From assembly GCA_030156305.1 (NCBI GenBank), contig JASGMZ010000001.1, positions 1 to 39,406 on the forward strand: a stretch of DNA of 39,406 nucleotides. The letters run 5' to 3'. The notes beneath the pieces were generated by a model. The model was not told the origin of the DNA. It worked only from the letters and a program-made list of their open reading frames with translations, and did not search any database. This DNA comes from Bacteroidales bacterium (lineage in GTDB: Bacteria; Bacteroidota; Bacteroidia; Bacteroidales; UBA12077). The translations under genes were made by a program, and so were the position numbers. Shown here one piece after another: positions 1 through 10,189 of the stretch; positions within the stretch are counted from its first letter, which is position 1, and the number at the start of each line of letters is the position of its first letter.

Positions 1-236
1 ACTTTATTTCCTCTAACATAAGGAAATTCGCCGGGAACATATTTCAGGTGCTTCAAATTTTTAAGGTGTTCGGCACGATAATAGGGCCTTACACTAAAAC
101 CTTCAATGGTTCTCCAGACTAATTTTTTTTCATAATCAGCGCCCTTTAAATCCGCTTTGATCTTATCTTCCCACTCCTGTGTTGAAACAGGGGGAAATTC
201 TTCGAACAATTTTGTTTGTTTCATTTTGTCTGTCAT
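1..236 (-). CDS. mutA: methylmalonyl-CoA mutase small (beta) subunit, N-terminal part; gene continues past the left edge
   Basis: Own reverse-strand translation from ATG at 234-236: MTDKMKQTKLFEEFPPVSTQEWEDKIKADLKGADYEKKLVWRTIEGFSVRPYYRAEHLKNLKHLKYVPGEFPYVRGNK, open to position 1. Resembles the N-terminus of Bacteroidota MutA-type subunits as I remember them. Absent from the ORF track because it is truncated. Alternative start at 224. Confidence 0.65.
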   Translation of the reverse strand, partial: MTDKMKQTKLFEEFPPVSTQEWEDKIKADLKGADYEKKLVWRTIEGFSVRPYYRAEHLKNLKHLKYVPGEFPYVRGNK

Positions 237-377
237 AACAAAAATTGTTAATGGTTAAATTTTGTACAAAATTAGTGCATTCCGTATTAAAAATCATGAC
301 TTTTAGCATAAAATATCATATGCTTTACAATAGGTTTAAGTATATAAAACTTAATGTAAAATAAAAATACAGGGAAA

Positions 378-1403
378 TTAGTACTGAAAAAAAGAGAAAT
401 CATCTTCCTGCTGTGATTCGTCGAGGTGGCCATACTTTTCGGCTACATGATCAAGGGTTTTCAGTAATTCGTTTACATCGAGTGAAGTTACCAGTTTCAT
501 TCTTGTTTCCTTAAAATGGGGCAATCCCTTAAAGTAATTCGATAAATGGCGCCGGATTTCAAAGATGCCTCTGGGCTCCCCTTTCCATTCAATTGATTTT
601 TTTAAATGAAGCTTTGCAATTTCTACTTTTTCTTTTATGGTTAAGGGCTTCATTACCTTTCCTTTTTCCAGGTATTCTTTTATTTCTTTAAAAATCCAAG
701 GCCTTCCAACGGTAGCTCTTCCAATCATTATAGCATCTACACCGTACTTATCAAAAGCTGCCTTTGCAGATTCAGCATCTTTTATATCGCCATTGCCAAT
801 GATCGGAATTTTCATTCGTGGATTATTTTTTACTTCACCAATTAAAGTCCAGTCTGCTTCGCCTTTATACATTTGCATACGAGTGCGGCCATGGATAGTT
901 AGTGCTGCTATGCCTTTATCTTGCAATTGTTCAGCAAGTTGTACAATAATTTTACTTTCATCATCCCACCCTAAGCGAGTTTTTACGGTTACAGGAGTAT
1001 TAACAGCTTTTACAATAGCTTCGGTCATTTCAAGCATGAGGGGGATATTTCTCAACATTCCTGCTCCTGCGCCACGAGTGGCTATTTTTTTTACCGGGCA
1101 TCCAAAATTTAAATCAATAAAATCAGGTTTTGCTTCTTCGGCCATTTTTGCAGCCGCTACCATCGAATCAATTTGGTGTCCATATAGCTGAATGGCAGCG
1201 GGCCTTTCAAAATCGAACAATTGTAATTTTTTGTAGCTTTTTTGGCAATCTCGAATCAACGCTTCTGAAGCAACAAATTCGGTATAAACCATATCAGCTC
1301 CAAAATATTTACAAAGGTAACGAAATGAAGGATCAGTTATATCTTCCATTGGAGCTAAAAAAAGAGGTTTTTCACCAAATTCTATGTTCCCTATTTTTAT
1401 CAA
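378..1403 (-). CDS. dusB: tRNA-dihydrouridine synthase (Dus family, FMN TIM barrel)
   Basis: 341 aa. N-terminus LAPMEDITDPSFRYLC, NFGCPVKK and TIHGRTR motifs are typical of Dus enzymes. Confidence 0.9.
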   Translation of the reverse strand: MIKIGNIEFGEKPLFLAPMEDITDPSFRYLCKYFGADMVYTEFVASEALIRDCQKSYKKLQLFDFERPAAIQLYGHQIDSMVAAAKMAEEAKPDFIDLNFGCPVKKIATRGAGAGMLRNIPLMLEMTEAIVKAVNTPVTVKTRLGWDDESKIIVQLAEQLQDKGIAALTIHGRTRMQMYKGEADWTLIGEVKNNPRMKIPIIGNGDIKDAESAKAAFDKYGVDAIMIGRATVGRPWIFKEIKEYLEKGKVMKPLTIKEKVEIAKLHLKKSIEWKGEPRGIFEIRRHLSNYFKGLPHFKETRMKLVTSLDVNELLKTLDHVAEKYGHLDESQQEDDFSFFQY

Positions 1404-1467
1404 TTTTTTAAATTATTATCGTTAAATTAGGCGCAAAATTATTAAAATTTACATAAAAGCATAACCC

Positions 1468-2388
1468 ATGAAAAATTCATTAGCAACTATACACCCCTTT
1501 TCAAAATTTATTTTTTCACTTTTTATTATTCTTGCTTCATTCTTAATCGTATTTATTATTGGCATTGTTATTGGCATTCCTTTGTTTAATTTAAGCTTTG
1601 CCGAACTTCCTTCTGTTATAACAAATTATTCAGACCCCAATAATCTTAAATTTTTAAAATACCTGCAAACCATTCAGGCTATTGGATTGTTTATTATTCC
1701 TGCTTTTATTATCGGTTATTTTTTTCATCAAAAACCGTTACATTATTTAAAATTTAATCCCATTGGTTTTTATGCGGTTGTTCTTGTAATTTTTATTATG
1801 ATAAGTGCCTTACCAGCCATCAATTTTTTTGCTATGCTCAATTCAAAAATGCAATTACCTGCTTTTTTAAGCGAATTGGAAAACTGGATGAGACAAAAAG
1901 AATCGAGTGCCCAAGCTTTAACAGAAGCATTTTTAAAGATGGATAGTATGGGTAGCTTATGGTTTAACATTTTTATGATTGGTATTTTGCCTGCTGTAGG
2001 CGAAGAGTTAATATTTCGTGGTGTTATTCAGCGATTATTTGCCGAATGGACAAAAAATATTCATTGGGGAATTTTTATTGCTGCGTTTTTGTTTAGTTTC
2101 ATGCATCTCCAATTTTATGGATTTATTCCCCGCATGATTCTTGGCATCTTATTTGGCTATCTATTTTATGTCAGTGGATCAATTTGGATTCCAATTTTAG
2201 CGCATTTTATTAACAATGCTATGGCTGTAGTTTTTTACTATTTTTATACTGATCAAGTTAGTGAAGAGATTGATACCATAGGAGCCTCAGATGGTTCTTA
2301 TGGATATCTGTTTGTAAGTGTTATATTACTTTCGTTATTTTTTTACTCGTTTTATCTACACTACCAAAAAAAGAGGGTAACAAGTTAA
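1468..2388 (+). CDS. CPBP family intramembrane glutamic endopeptidase (CAAX protease/Abi-like)
   Basis: 306 aa, polytopic. Motifs EELIFRG, FSFMHL and HFINN match the three conserved CPBP motifs. Confidence 0.85.
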   Translation: MKNSLATIHPFSKFIFSLFIILASFLIVFIIGIVIGIPLFNLSFAELPSVITNYSDPNNLKFLKYLQTIQAIGLFIIPAFIIGYFFHQKPLHYLKFNPIGFYAVVLVIFIMISALPAINFFAMLNSKMQLPAFLSELENWMRQKESSAQALTEAFLKMDSMGSLWFNIFMIGILPAVGEELIFRGVIQRLFAEWTKNIHWGIFIAAFLFSFMHLQFYGFIPRMILGILFGYLFYVSGSIWIPILAHFINNAMAVVFYYFYTDQVSEEIDTIGASDGSYGYLFVSVILLSLFFYSFYLHYQKKRVTS

Positions 2389-3116
2389 ATTATTTTAGCC
2401 TCATCATTTCTGAAAAGACTGATTCGGCCAATCTCGTTTTTACGAAAAACATATACTACCCCATATTTTTGGGCTTTTTCCCGTTTTAAATCATCGGGTA
2501 AATTTTTAAACGTATCTTCCACCTCATTCCAAACGTTTAAAATTATATCATCAGCCTCTTTCCTTAATTCGGCAAGATGACTCAACGCTCTACCATGATT
2601 TTTTTGTAATGTTTTCTGGAATTTATAGGCTTCCATAAAATTATCGTAATGAACTTTCACTAAAGCAATTGTTGGATTTGTTATAGGAGTATGCCCTTTT
2701 AATTTTCGTTCGATGGATCCTTCAATTAATTTTTGTCCCCACTCAATAATATCTGTTTCGGTATTTAATGGAGGTAATTTCGATTCAAAGGCTTTTAATC
2801 CAAAAAAATCTCTAACCGCAGGTTGCAACTCACCACGTAAAATAGCCATATTTAAAACCTGAATAAAGTGTGAGATATAGAGCTTTGCTTTCTTTAATTG
2901 CTTAAGATATTCTTTATTGTTTTTCGTTTGTATGTCGTATGTATTTTTATATTCTGTCATAGCCTTTTCCCATTTTGGAAGAAAAGATTGGACCCGCTGA
3001 AAGGTACTTTGCTTAAAAGCCAGATCCATTGGAGTAAGTTCTTTTCCTTTAGTATAGGCATTTTTAAGTGCCTTTTGTCTTGAGTTATCCGTGTTGGGGA
3101 GTCTTCTGTAAGGCAT
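2385..3116 (-). CDS. hypothetical protein, soluble and Lys/Glu-rich, function unknown
   Basis: 243-aa ORF starting MPYRRLPNTDNSRQKAL. No recognisable catalytic motif. Codon usage looks like the neighbours. Its stop overlaps the stop of the convergent CPBP gene (2385-2388). Confidence 0.6.
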   Translation of the reverse strand: MPYRRLPNTDNSRQKALKNAYTKGKELTPMDLAFKQSTFQRVQSFLPKWEKAMTEYKNTYDIQTKNNKEYLKQLKKAKLYISHFIQVLNMAILRGELQPAVRDFFGLKAFESKLPPLNTETDIIEWGQKLIEGSIERKLKGHTPITNPTIALVKVHYDNFMEAYKFQKTLQKNHGRALSHLAELRKEADDIILNVWNEVEDTFKNLPDDLKREKAQKYGVVYVFRKNEIGRISLFRNDEAKII

Positions 3117-3450
3117 AGTTCTTATTTTTTTAATAATGTTAATAACGTGTTGATAAAGTGCGAATATAACAAATAAATTAAAATATGCAAGTCTATTCGT
3201 ATTTTATTTTGTTATTTCTACACCCTGATATTGTGAAAGTTGCTGTTCATAACCCGCAAACGTTTCATTAATTCACGGCTATGACAATATTTTCGTTTAT
3301 TTTTTTAGCTTAAATCAAACTTTATTAAAAAAAATTGGTTCTATTATTAAATGAATGATTTTTTTTGCGTCCTTTGTTTTCTTAAAAATCTGGCGTAAAT
3401 TCGTTTAAATTTTAACGTATTAAATTAATAATCAAATAAATTTATATATT

Positions 3451-4842
3451 ATGTTTAAAAAAGATGTTTATATCGAAAGGCGTAATCGCCTAAAAAACAA
3501 GCTAAAAGGAGGCCTGGTTCTTTTCTTAGGCAATAAAGAGTCAGCGATGAATTATCTGGATAATGCATATCATTTCAGACAAGACAGTTCATTTCTTTAT
3601 TTTTTTGGATTAGATATGCCCAACCTGGCAGGTTTACTTGATTTGGATTCAGGAAAAGAATATTTGTTTGGTGATGATTTCACTATTGATGATATTATTT
3701 GGATGGGGACACAACCCACCATGAAAGAGCTATCCGCTGAAATTGGCGTTGAAAACACAGAACCTTTTAGTCAGTTGGGAAATTATTTGCGCAACGCAAT
3801 CAATCAAAACAGAAACATTCATGTGCTCCCGTTTTACAGAGGAGACACCATTATTCAGTTTAGTAATTTACTGGAAATCAGTCATAACGAAGCCGAAAAT
3901 TTTATTTCTATTGAATTAATTAAAGCAGTAGTAGACTTACGATCCATAAAAGACAAATATGAGATTGAAGAGTTAATTAAGGCTGCTGCCATAGGCTATA
4001 AAATGCATACCACCGCTATGAAAATGGCAAAACCCGGTGTTTACGAACAAGAAATTGCAGGAACTGTCGAAGGAATAGCTTTAGCTCATGGTGGATTATT
4101 ATCTTTCCCCATCATTTTATCACAAAATGGTGAAACGCTTCACAACCACGATCACAGCAATATATTACAAGAGGGAAGATTAATGCTTACAGACTCGGGA
4201 GCTGAAACGACAATGCATTATGCAAGCGATAATACAAGGACTGTTCCTGTGGGTGGAAAGTTCTCACAAAAACAAAAAGATATTTATAATATTGTATTGA
4301 ACACTGTTGATCATGTTACTTCTTTAATAAAACCAGGAATACCTTATCGCGATATCCATTTAGAAGCTGCTAGAATCATAGCAGAAGGATTAACGAATCT
4401 TGGAATAATGAAAGGTAATCCAAAGGATGCCGTTCGTGAAGGAGCACACGCCTTATTTATGCCTCATGGCCTTGGACACATGATGGGCCTTGATGTTCAC
4501 GACATGGAAGGACTGGGAGAAGATAATGTGGGATATGATAATGAGATCAAACGTTCTACCCAATTTGGATTAAGTGGTTTACGACTTGGACGTAAACTTC
4601 AGGAAGGTTTTGTACTTACCAATGAACCTGGAATTTATTTTATTCCTGACCTTATTAATAAATGGGAAACAGAAAAAATAAACACAGATTTCATCAACTT
4701 TGATAAAATTAAAAAAGAATACATCAACTTTGGTGGCATTCGACTGGAAGATGACTTACTGGTAACAGAAAACGGATCACAATTGCTTGGAAAACGTATC
4801 CCTATTACCGTTGAAGAAGTGGAGGAAACCATGAAATCATAA
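3451..4842 (+). CDS. Xaa-Pro aminopeptidase / aminopeptidase P family (peptidase M24B)
   Basis: 463 aa. Pita-bread metal-ligand blocks DSGAE, HGLGHMMGLDVHD, NEPGIY and GIRLEDD. Confidence 0.85.
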   Translation: MFKKDVYIERRNRLKNKLKGGLVLFLGNKESAMNYLDNAYHFRQDSSFLYFFGLDMPNLAGLLDLDSGKEYLFGDDFTIDDIIWMGTQPTMKELSAEIGVENTEPFSQLGNYLRNAINQNRNIHVLPFYRGDTIIQFSNLLEISHNEAENFISIELIKAVVDLRSIKDKYEIEELIKAAAIGYKMHTTAMKMAKPGVYEQEIAGTVEGIALAHGGLLSFPIILSQNGETLHNHDHSNILQEGRLMLTDSGAETTMHYASDNTRTVPVGGKFSQKQKDIYNIVLNTVDHVTSLIKPGIPYRDIHLEAARIIAEGLTNLGIMKGNPKDAVREGAHALFMPHGLGHMMGLDVHDMEGLGEDNVGYDNEIKRSTQFGLSGLRLGRKLQEGFVLTNEPGIYFIPDLINKWETEKINTDFINFDKIKKEYINFGGIRLEDDLLVTENGSQLLGKRIPITVEEVEETMKS

Positions 4843-4860
4843 AATGAATAGGTTGAAATT

Positions 4861-4897
4861 AAAAACCCTGGCAAATGCAGTTCTGTCAGGGTTTTTT
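4861..4897. terminator. bidirectional rho-independent terminator between convergent genes
   Basis: aaaaaccctg (4861-4870) pairs perfectly with cagggttttt (4887-4896). A-run on one side and T-run on the other. Lies between the stops at 4842 (+) and 4918 (-). Confidence 0.7.
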
Positions 4898-4917
4898 AAT
4901 AATATTTTACGATATAA

Positions 4918-5667
4918 TTACTCAGGCTCGGAAAAGGAGGCAGATAAATATTCCCGATTCAAACGGGCAATATTTTCAATAGATATTCCTTTGGGGCATT
5001 CAGCTTCGCAAGCACCGGTATTGGTACAACTTCCAAAACCCAGTTCATCCATTTTAGCTACCATGTTAAGTGCCCTCCGTTTAGCTTCTGCTTTGCCCTG
5101 AGGCAACAATGCTAACTGAGAAACCTTAGCGGCAACAAACAGCATAGCCGATGAATTTTTACAGGCAGCAACACAAGCACCACAACCAATACAGGCAGCA
5201 GCATCAAAAGCTTTATCGGCATTTTCTTTGGGCACCCAAATGGAGTTTGCATCCGGAGCCTGTCCTGCATCAATAGAAACAAAACCACCGGCAGACATAA
5301 TCTTATCAAACGCATTGCGATCGACAATCAAATCTTTTAATACAGGGAACCCTTGTGATCTCCAGGGTTCGATCGTAATGGTATCTCCATCTTTAAATAC
5401 TCGCATGTGTAACTGACAAGTGGCTATTTTATTCCCCTTGCCATGAGGATATCCATTGATATAAAGGCCACATGAACCGCAAATCCCTTCACGGCAATCA
5501 TTTTCAAAAGCAACGGGGTCTTTATCTTCTTTTATTAACTTTTCGTTTAAAGCATCTAACATTTCCAGAAATGACATTTCAGGATCAACGCCATCTAATT
5601 CATATTTTACAAATTTTCCTTTGGCTTTTGAGTTTTCCTGACGCCAGACTCTTAACTTTATTTTCAT
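4918..5667 (-). CDS. sdhB: succinate dehydrogenase/fumarate reductase iron-sulfur subunit
   Basis: 249 aa. Cys clusters [21 protein letters not shown] and [12 protein letters not shown] correspond to the 2Fe-2S, 4Fe-4S and 3Fe-4S ligands. Confidence 0.95.
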   Translation of the reverse strand: MKIKLRVWRQENSKAKGKFVKYELDGVDPEMSFLEMLDALNEKLIKEDKDPVAFENDCREGICGSCGLYINGYPHGKGNKIATCQLHMRVFKDGDTITIEPWRSQGFPVLKDLIVDRNAFDKIMSAGGFVSIDAGQAPDANSIWVPKENADKAFDAAACIGCGACVAACKNSSAMLFVAAKVSQLALLPQGKAEAKRRALNMVAKMDELGFGSCTNTGACEAECPKGISIENIARLNREYLSASFSEPE

Positions 5668-5703
5668 ATCGTTAAATTATTTAGAATCGATACTATTGAT
5701 TTT

Positions 5704-7623
5704 TTATTTATAACTTCTGACTTTTACTTCAACATTTTCAAATTTTAACATTTCTTTATGCAATTTTGGTGGTTTATCGTCACCCTGATATTCCCATGCA
5801 GCAACATAAGAGTACTGATCATCTATACGTTGAGCTTCACCCCCTTCGGTTTGACTTTCTTCTCTAAAATGAGCACCACACGACTCTTTACGATTTAATG
5901 CATCATTTACCATAAGTTTTGCCAGCTCAAAAAAGTCAGCTACTCTTGAAGCTTTTTCAAGCTCCTGATTGATTTCATCGAGTTTTCCCGGTATTTTTAC
6001 ATCACGCCAAAATTCCTTTTGCAAGTCATCGATCATTTTCAGCGCTTTTTTTAGTCCTTCCTCATTTCGTTTCATGCCACAATAATCCCACATAATATTT
6101 CCCAATCGCTTATGAAATGATTTTACCGTCTGTTTTCCATTTATGTTCAGAAATTTATTTAACCGTTCAACCGCTGCGTTTTCTGCATCAACAAATTCCT
6201 GAGCATCCGTTGAAGGCAATTTGGTTCTTATTTCATCAGCAAGGTAGTTTGATATGGTATTGGGAAGGATAAAATATCCATCACCGGCACCCTGCATAAG
6301 AGAGCTTGCACCCAGCCGATTTGCTCCATGATCTGAGAAATTGGCTTCGCCAATGGCAAATAATCCTGGAATAGTGGTCATTAAATTATAATCAACCCAC
6401 AAACCACCCATCGTATAATGGCCTGCAGGATAAATCATCATGGGTGTTTCATAGGGGCTTTCTCCTGTTATTTTTTCATACAGTTCGAACAGATTGCCAT
6501 ACTTTCCCTTAATGACCTTTTTCCCTTGTTTTTGCACGGCATCTCTAAAATCGAGATAAACAGCAAGTCCGGTTTTACCAACTCCATAACCACTGTCACA
6601 TCTTTCCTTAGCTGCACGGGCAGCAACATCACGAGGTACTAAATTTCCAAAAGCAGGATATCTGCGCTCAAGGTAATAATCTCGCTCTTCATCAGGGATA
6701 TCATTGGGGTTACGCTTATCACCTTTTGCTTTGGGCACCCAGATACGTCCATCATTACGTAACGATTCCGACATAAGCGTTAGCTTGGATTGATATTCGT
6801 TTAAAACAGGGATACAAGTAGGATGAATCTGCACAAAACTGGGGTTCCCAAAAAAAGCTCCTTTTTTGTAAGCCTGCCATGCAGCAGAACCGTTTGAATT
6901 AACGGCTAATGTAGACAAATAGTAAATCGTTCCGTATCCACCGGTAGCTAATACAACTGCATGAGCTACATGTCTTTCAATTTCACCGGTAACTAAATTC
7001 CGGGTAATAATTCCACGAGCTTTACCGTCAACAACAACAATATCAAGCATCTGGCGACGGCTAAACATTTTTACTTTCCCTTTCGCCACCTGCCGTTTTA
7101 AAGCAGAATAGCCTCCTAACAACACTTGTTGTCCGGTTTGTCCTTGTGCATAAAAGGTACGCGAAACCTGCACGCCTCCAAATGTACGGTTGGCTAACGT
7201 ACCACCATATTCCCGTGCAAAAGGAACCCCCTGAGCAGTTAGCTGATCAATGATCGCATTACTCACTTCGGCAGCGCGGTATACATTGGCTTCACGGGCA
7301 CGATAGTCGCCCCCTTTGATCATATCATAAAATAAACGATAAACACTATCGCCATCGTTTTTATAATTTTTGGCGGCATTAATTCCTCCCTGCGCAGCTA
7401 CAGAGTGTGCCCTGCGAGGGGTATCCTGATAACAAAAAGATTTTACATTGTACCCTAACTCTGCTAACGTAGCAGCGGCGGGTGCTCCGGAAATACCGGT
7501 TCCAACAACAATAATATCTAATTTTTTCTTGTTGTTTGGACTTACCAGTTTCATGGCCGCTTTATATTGGTTCCATTTTTCGGCTAATGGCCCCTCTGGT
7601 ATTTTTGCGTCTAATTTATTCAT
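5704..7623 (-). CDS. sdhA: succinate dehydrogenase/fumarate reductase flavoprotein subunit
   Basis: 639 aa. FAD fold [12 protein letters not shown], covalent-FAD region [15 protein letters not shown], and HYTMGG. Confidence 0.95.
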   Translation of the reverse strand: MNKLDAKIPEGPLAEKWNQYKAAMKLVSPNNKKKLDIIVVGTGISGAPAAATLAELGYNVKSFCYQDTPRRAHSVAAQGGINAAKNYKNDGDSVYRLFYDMIKGGDYRAREANVYRAAEVSNAIIDQLTAQGVPFAREYGGTLANRTFGGVQVSRTFYAQGQTGQQVLLGGYSALKRQVAKGKVKMFSRRQMLDIVVVDGKARGIITRNLVTGEIERHVAHAVVLATGGYGTIYYLSTLAVNSNGSAAWQAYKKGAFFGNPSFVQIHPTCIPVLNEYQSKLTLMSESLRNDGRIWVPKAKGDKRNPNDIPDEERDYYLERRYPAFGNLVPRDVAARAAKERCDSGYGVGKTGLAVYLDFRDAVQKQGKKVIKGKYGNLFELYEKITGESPYETPMMIYPAGHYTMGGLWVDYNLMTTIPGLFAIGEANFSDHGANRLGASSLMQGAGDGYFILPNTISNYLADEIRTKLPSTDAQEFVDAENAAVERLNKFLNINGKQTVKSFHKRLGNIMWDYCGMKRNEEGLKKALKMIDDLQKEFWRDVKIPGKLDEINQELEKASRVADFFELAKLMVNDALNRKESCGAHFREESQTEGGEAQRIDDQYSYVAAWEYQGDDKPPKLHKEMLKFENVEVKVRSYK

Positions 7624-7656
7624 AATAGTATATGTGTTACTTTTTTACTATTCTTT

Positions 7657-8334
7657 TTATACAACATATTTGATTAAAAAATAAGCAGGGATGGTAGCAA
7701 AACCACCGGCAATAATAATGGCATAGATATAAGCGATAACTTTTAAGCGTTTTATCCATTTGTCATTATTCCATCCTAACGTTTGAAAAGCAGACCAAAA
7801 TCCATGGGTAAGATGCAGAAATAGAAAAACAGCTCCCAGGATATAGATCACATCATACCACCACCAGTTAATAAAAAGTCCTGATACCAGGCTGTATAGA
7901 TCATGAATCTCTTTTCCACCGTTGTATGAGATCGGATCCACAGTACCAAATTTAACATGCCAGAAAAAGTTACCGAGGTGAATCACCAAAAAGATGAGTA
8001 TCAATCCACCAAGAATAAACATGTTTTTAGCCGCCCAATCGGCTTTGGAACGGTTCATTACTTGATAATTTTGGGGCCTGGCTTTTTGATTTTTAAGGGT
8101 AATATATGTTGCATAAAAAATATGCAAGATAAGCCCCAAAGCCAGAATTGGCTCAATAATCTTCATGATGAAATTACTACCCATGAAATTGGCTGCTACA
8201 TTAAATAGCTCACCATCACCAACAAGTAACAGTGAATTAACGGATAAATGGACCAATAAAAATAACATCAAAAATATTCCCGTAATACTCATGAAAAATT
8301 TTTGCCCAATCGACGAAGTGAAAAATCTGCTCAT
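7657..8334 (-). CDS. sdhC: succinate dehydrogenase/fumarate reductase cytochrome b subunit (single-subunit, b558-type anchor)
   Basis: 225 aa, about 5 TM helices with conserved His residues. First gene of the cyt b / flavoprotein / Fe-S order typical of Bacteroidota Frd/Sdh. Confidence 0.85.
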   Translation of the reverse strand: MSRFFTSSIGQKFFMSITGIFLMLFLLVHLSVNSLLLVGDGELFNVAANFMGSNFIMKIIEPILALGLILHIFYATYITLKNQKARPQNYQVMNRSKADWAAKNMFILGGLILIFLVIHLGNFFWHVKFGTVDPISYNGGKEIHDLYSLVSGLFINWWWYDVIYILGAVFLFLHLTHGFWSAFQTLGWNNDKWIKRLKVIAYIYAIIIAGGFATIPAYFLIKYVV

Positions 8335-8472
8335 AAAATTTAATTTTAGTAGAACATTAATTATCTTGCGAAAAAAACTTAACAGACCAATATATAGACA
8401 AATATAGTTTTTTAAATATGTAAACTCAACGTTTAATTATACATTAACTATAATTTAAAATTATTCTAAGTT

Positions 8473-9762
8473 ATGAAATATATGCCGTTGGAAAGCACAT
8501 TGTTCGTGAAGAACAGAAAAAAACTAATAAAACTCTTGCAGCCCAATTCCATAGCCTTAATCCACTCAAATGATGAGATGCCTCGCAATGGAGATCAATA
8601 TTTTCCCTTTCGGCAAAATTCCGATCTTTTTTACCTGACAGGCATCGATCAGGAAAAAACGATCCTTACATTATGTCCCAATCATCCGGATAAAAGCCTT
8701 CGGGAAATCCTGTTTATTATTGAAAGTAATGAAAAAATTGCAACCTGGGAAGGACACAAATATACCATCGAAGAAGCTCAAAAAGCCTCTGGCATTGAAA
8801 CGGTTAAATTTATTTCATCCTTTGATTCTGTTTTTCGCGAATTAGCCTTAAAAGCGGACAATATCTATATTAATTTATCAGAGAATCCTAAGTTTAAACC
8901 CGAGGTTAAGTCTGCTGACGAACGATTTATTACAACTCTTGAAAACGAATTCCCTGCGCATGATTTTCTTCGGTTAGCTCCTTTATTAAAAATACTCAGG
9001 CTGATAAAAGAACCTGAAGAGATCAAGTTAATGCAAAACGCTTGTGATATTACCGAAAAAGCGTTTCACAGAATTATGCATTTCGTAAAACCAGGAGTTA
9101 CCGAATACCAGGTTGAGGCAGAGCTTACTCACGAGTTTTTGTGGAACAAAGCGAACGGCCATGCGTATCCTCCTATTGTGGCATCGGGGAAAAATGCTTG
9201 TGTATTACACTATACCGAAAACAACAGCAAATGTAAAGACGGTGATTTGTTATTGATGGATTTTGGGGCTGAATATGCCAATTATGCTGCCGATTGTTCA
9301 AGAACAATACCGGTAAACGGGAAATTTACACCCCGCCAGAAAGATTGCTACGAAGCTGTTTTACGGGTTATGAAAAAAGCCATTGGGTGGCTAACTCCCG
9401 GCACCACCATTAACCGGGTAAATGAAAGGGTTGAAAATCTTTTACAGGAAGAACATATCCGATTAGGATTATATAGTAAAAAGGATGTTGAAAATCAAGA
9501 TCCTAAAAACCCGCTGGTAAAAAAATACTATCCACACGGAACCTGCCACTTTATAGGTTTGGATGTGCATGACGTTGGTGAAAGAACTGTAACTTTAGAG
9601 GAGGGTATGATATTAACCTGTGAGCCTGGAATTTATATCCCTGAAGAAAATATAGGTGTCCGCATTGAAGATGATATAATAGTAGCTCACAAACCCGTGA
9701 ATCTTATGGGAAATATCCCAAAAGAAGTGGATGAAATTGAAAAGATTATGGCAAATAAATAG
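8473..9762 (+). CDS. pepP: Xaa-Pro aminopeptidase (peptidase M24B, second paralogue)
   Basis: 429 aa. Motifs DFGAEY, HGTCHFIGLDVHD, CEPGIY and GVRIEDD. Confidence 0.85.
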   Translation: MKYMPLESTLFVKNRKKLIKLLQPNSIALIHSNDEMPRNGDQYFPFRQNSDLFYLTGIDQEKTILTLCPNHPDKSLREILFIIESNEKIATWEGHKYTIEEAQKASGIETVKFISSFDSVFRELALKADNIYINLSENPKFKPEVKSADERFITTLENEFPAHDFLRLAPLLKILRLIKEPEEIKLMQNACDITEKAFHRIMHFVKPGVTEYQVEAELTHEFLWNKANGHAYPPIVASGKNACVLHYTENNSKCKDGDLLLMDFGAEYANYAADCSRTIPVNGKFTPRQKDCYEAVLRVMKKAIGWLTPGTTINRVNERVENLLQEEHIRLGLYSKKDVENQDPKNPLVKKYYPHGTCHFIGLDVHDVGERTVTLEEGMILTCEPGIYIPEENIGVRIEDDIIVAHKPVNLMGNIPKEVDEIEKIMANK

Positions 9763-9814
9763 TTGTTCATTAGTATCATCTAAAATTTTTTTGTAAAAAC
9801 TATAATCAGAAATT

Positions 9815-10189
9815 ATGACATTTACTATTCAATGGAAGGACAAAGGGGTGTTTATTACCTTTAGAGGAATTGTAAAATCACAAGACCTAATTGATGCGAA
9901 CAATTATTTATTAAGTAATGCTGATTTTGACTCATTAGACTACCAAGTCATTGACTTTTCGGATGTGGAAGATTTTAAAGCCACCTCATATGATATGGGC
10001 ATTTTAGGCTCAATGAACAGCTCTCAATCCCTTTTTAATAAAAAGATAAAAGTTGCTTTCATTACATCTGACGACTACATCAAAGAACAAATTAAAGAGT
10101 ATAATAAATACATGATTAATACCGATTGGGAAATTCATACCTTTAACAATCTCAAAGAAGCAAAAAACAGGTTTAAATTTGATGAATAA
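9815..10189 (+). CDS. hypothetical small protein, possibly with a SpoIIAA/STAS-like fold
   Basis: 124 aa. The alternating beta/alpha-looking pattern and size are compatible with SpoIIAA-like proteins, but there is no diagnostic motif. Its stop overlaps the next gene's ATG (ATGAATAA, 10182-10189). Confidence 0.5.
   Translation: MTFTIQWKDKGVFITFRGIVKSQDLIDANNYLLSNADFDSLDYQVIDFSDVEDFKATSYDMGILGSMNSSQSLFNKKIKVAFITSDDYIKEQIKEYNKYMINTDWEIHTFNNLKEAKNRFKFDE

Noticed and set aside
637-1191. 184-aa plus-strand ORF (and 1130-1411) inside the dus gene
   Set aside because: It is antisense to a gene with clear family motifs. The translation is low-complexity and hydrophobic with no motif, a typical shadow ORF.
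4844-5101. 85-aa plus-strand ORF starting right after the aminopeptidase stop
   Set aside because: It runs through the bidirectional terminator hairpin and then antisense into sdhB. No supporting features.
8335-8472. Riboswitch or structured leader in the sdh/pepP divergent region, and in 3117-3450
   Set aside because: I could find no extended complementary segments or known riboswitch core sequences by eye. They are treated as plain AT-rich promoter regions.
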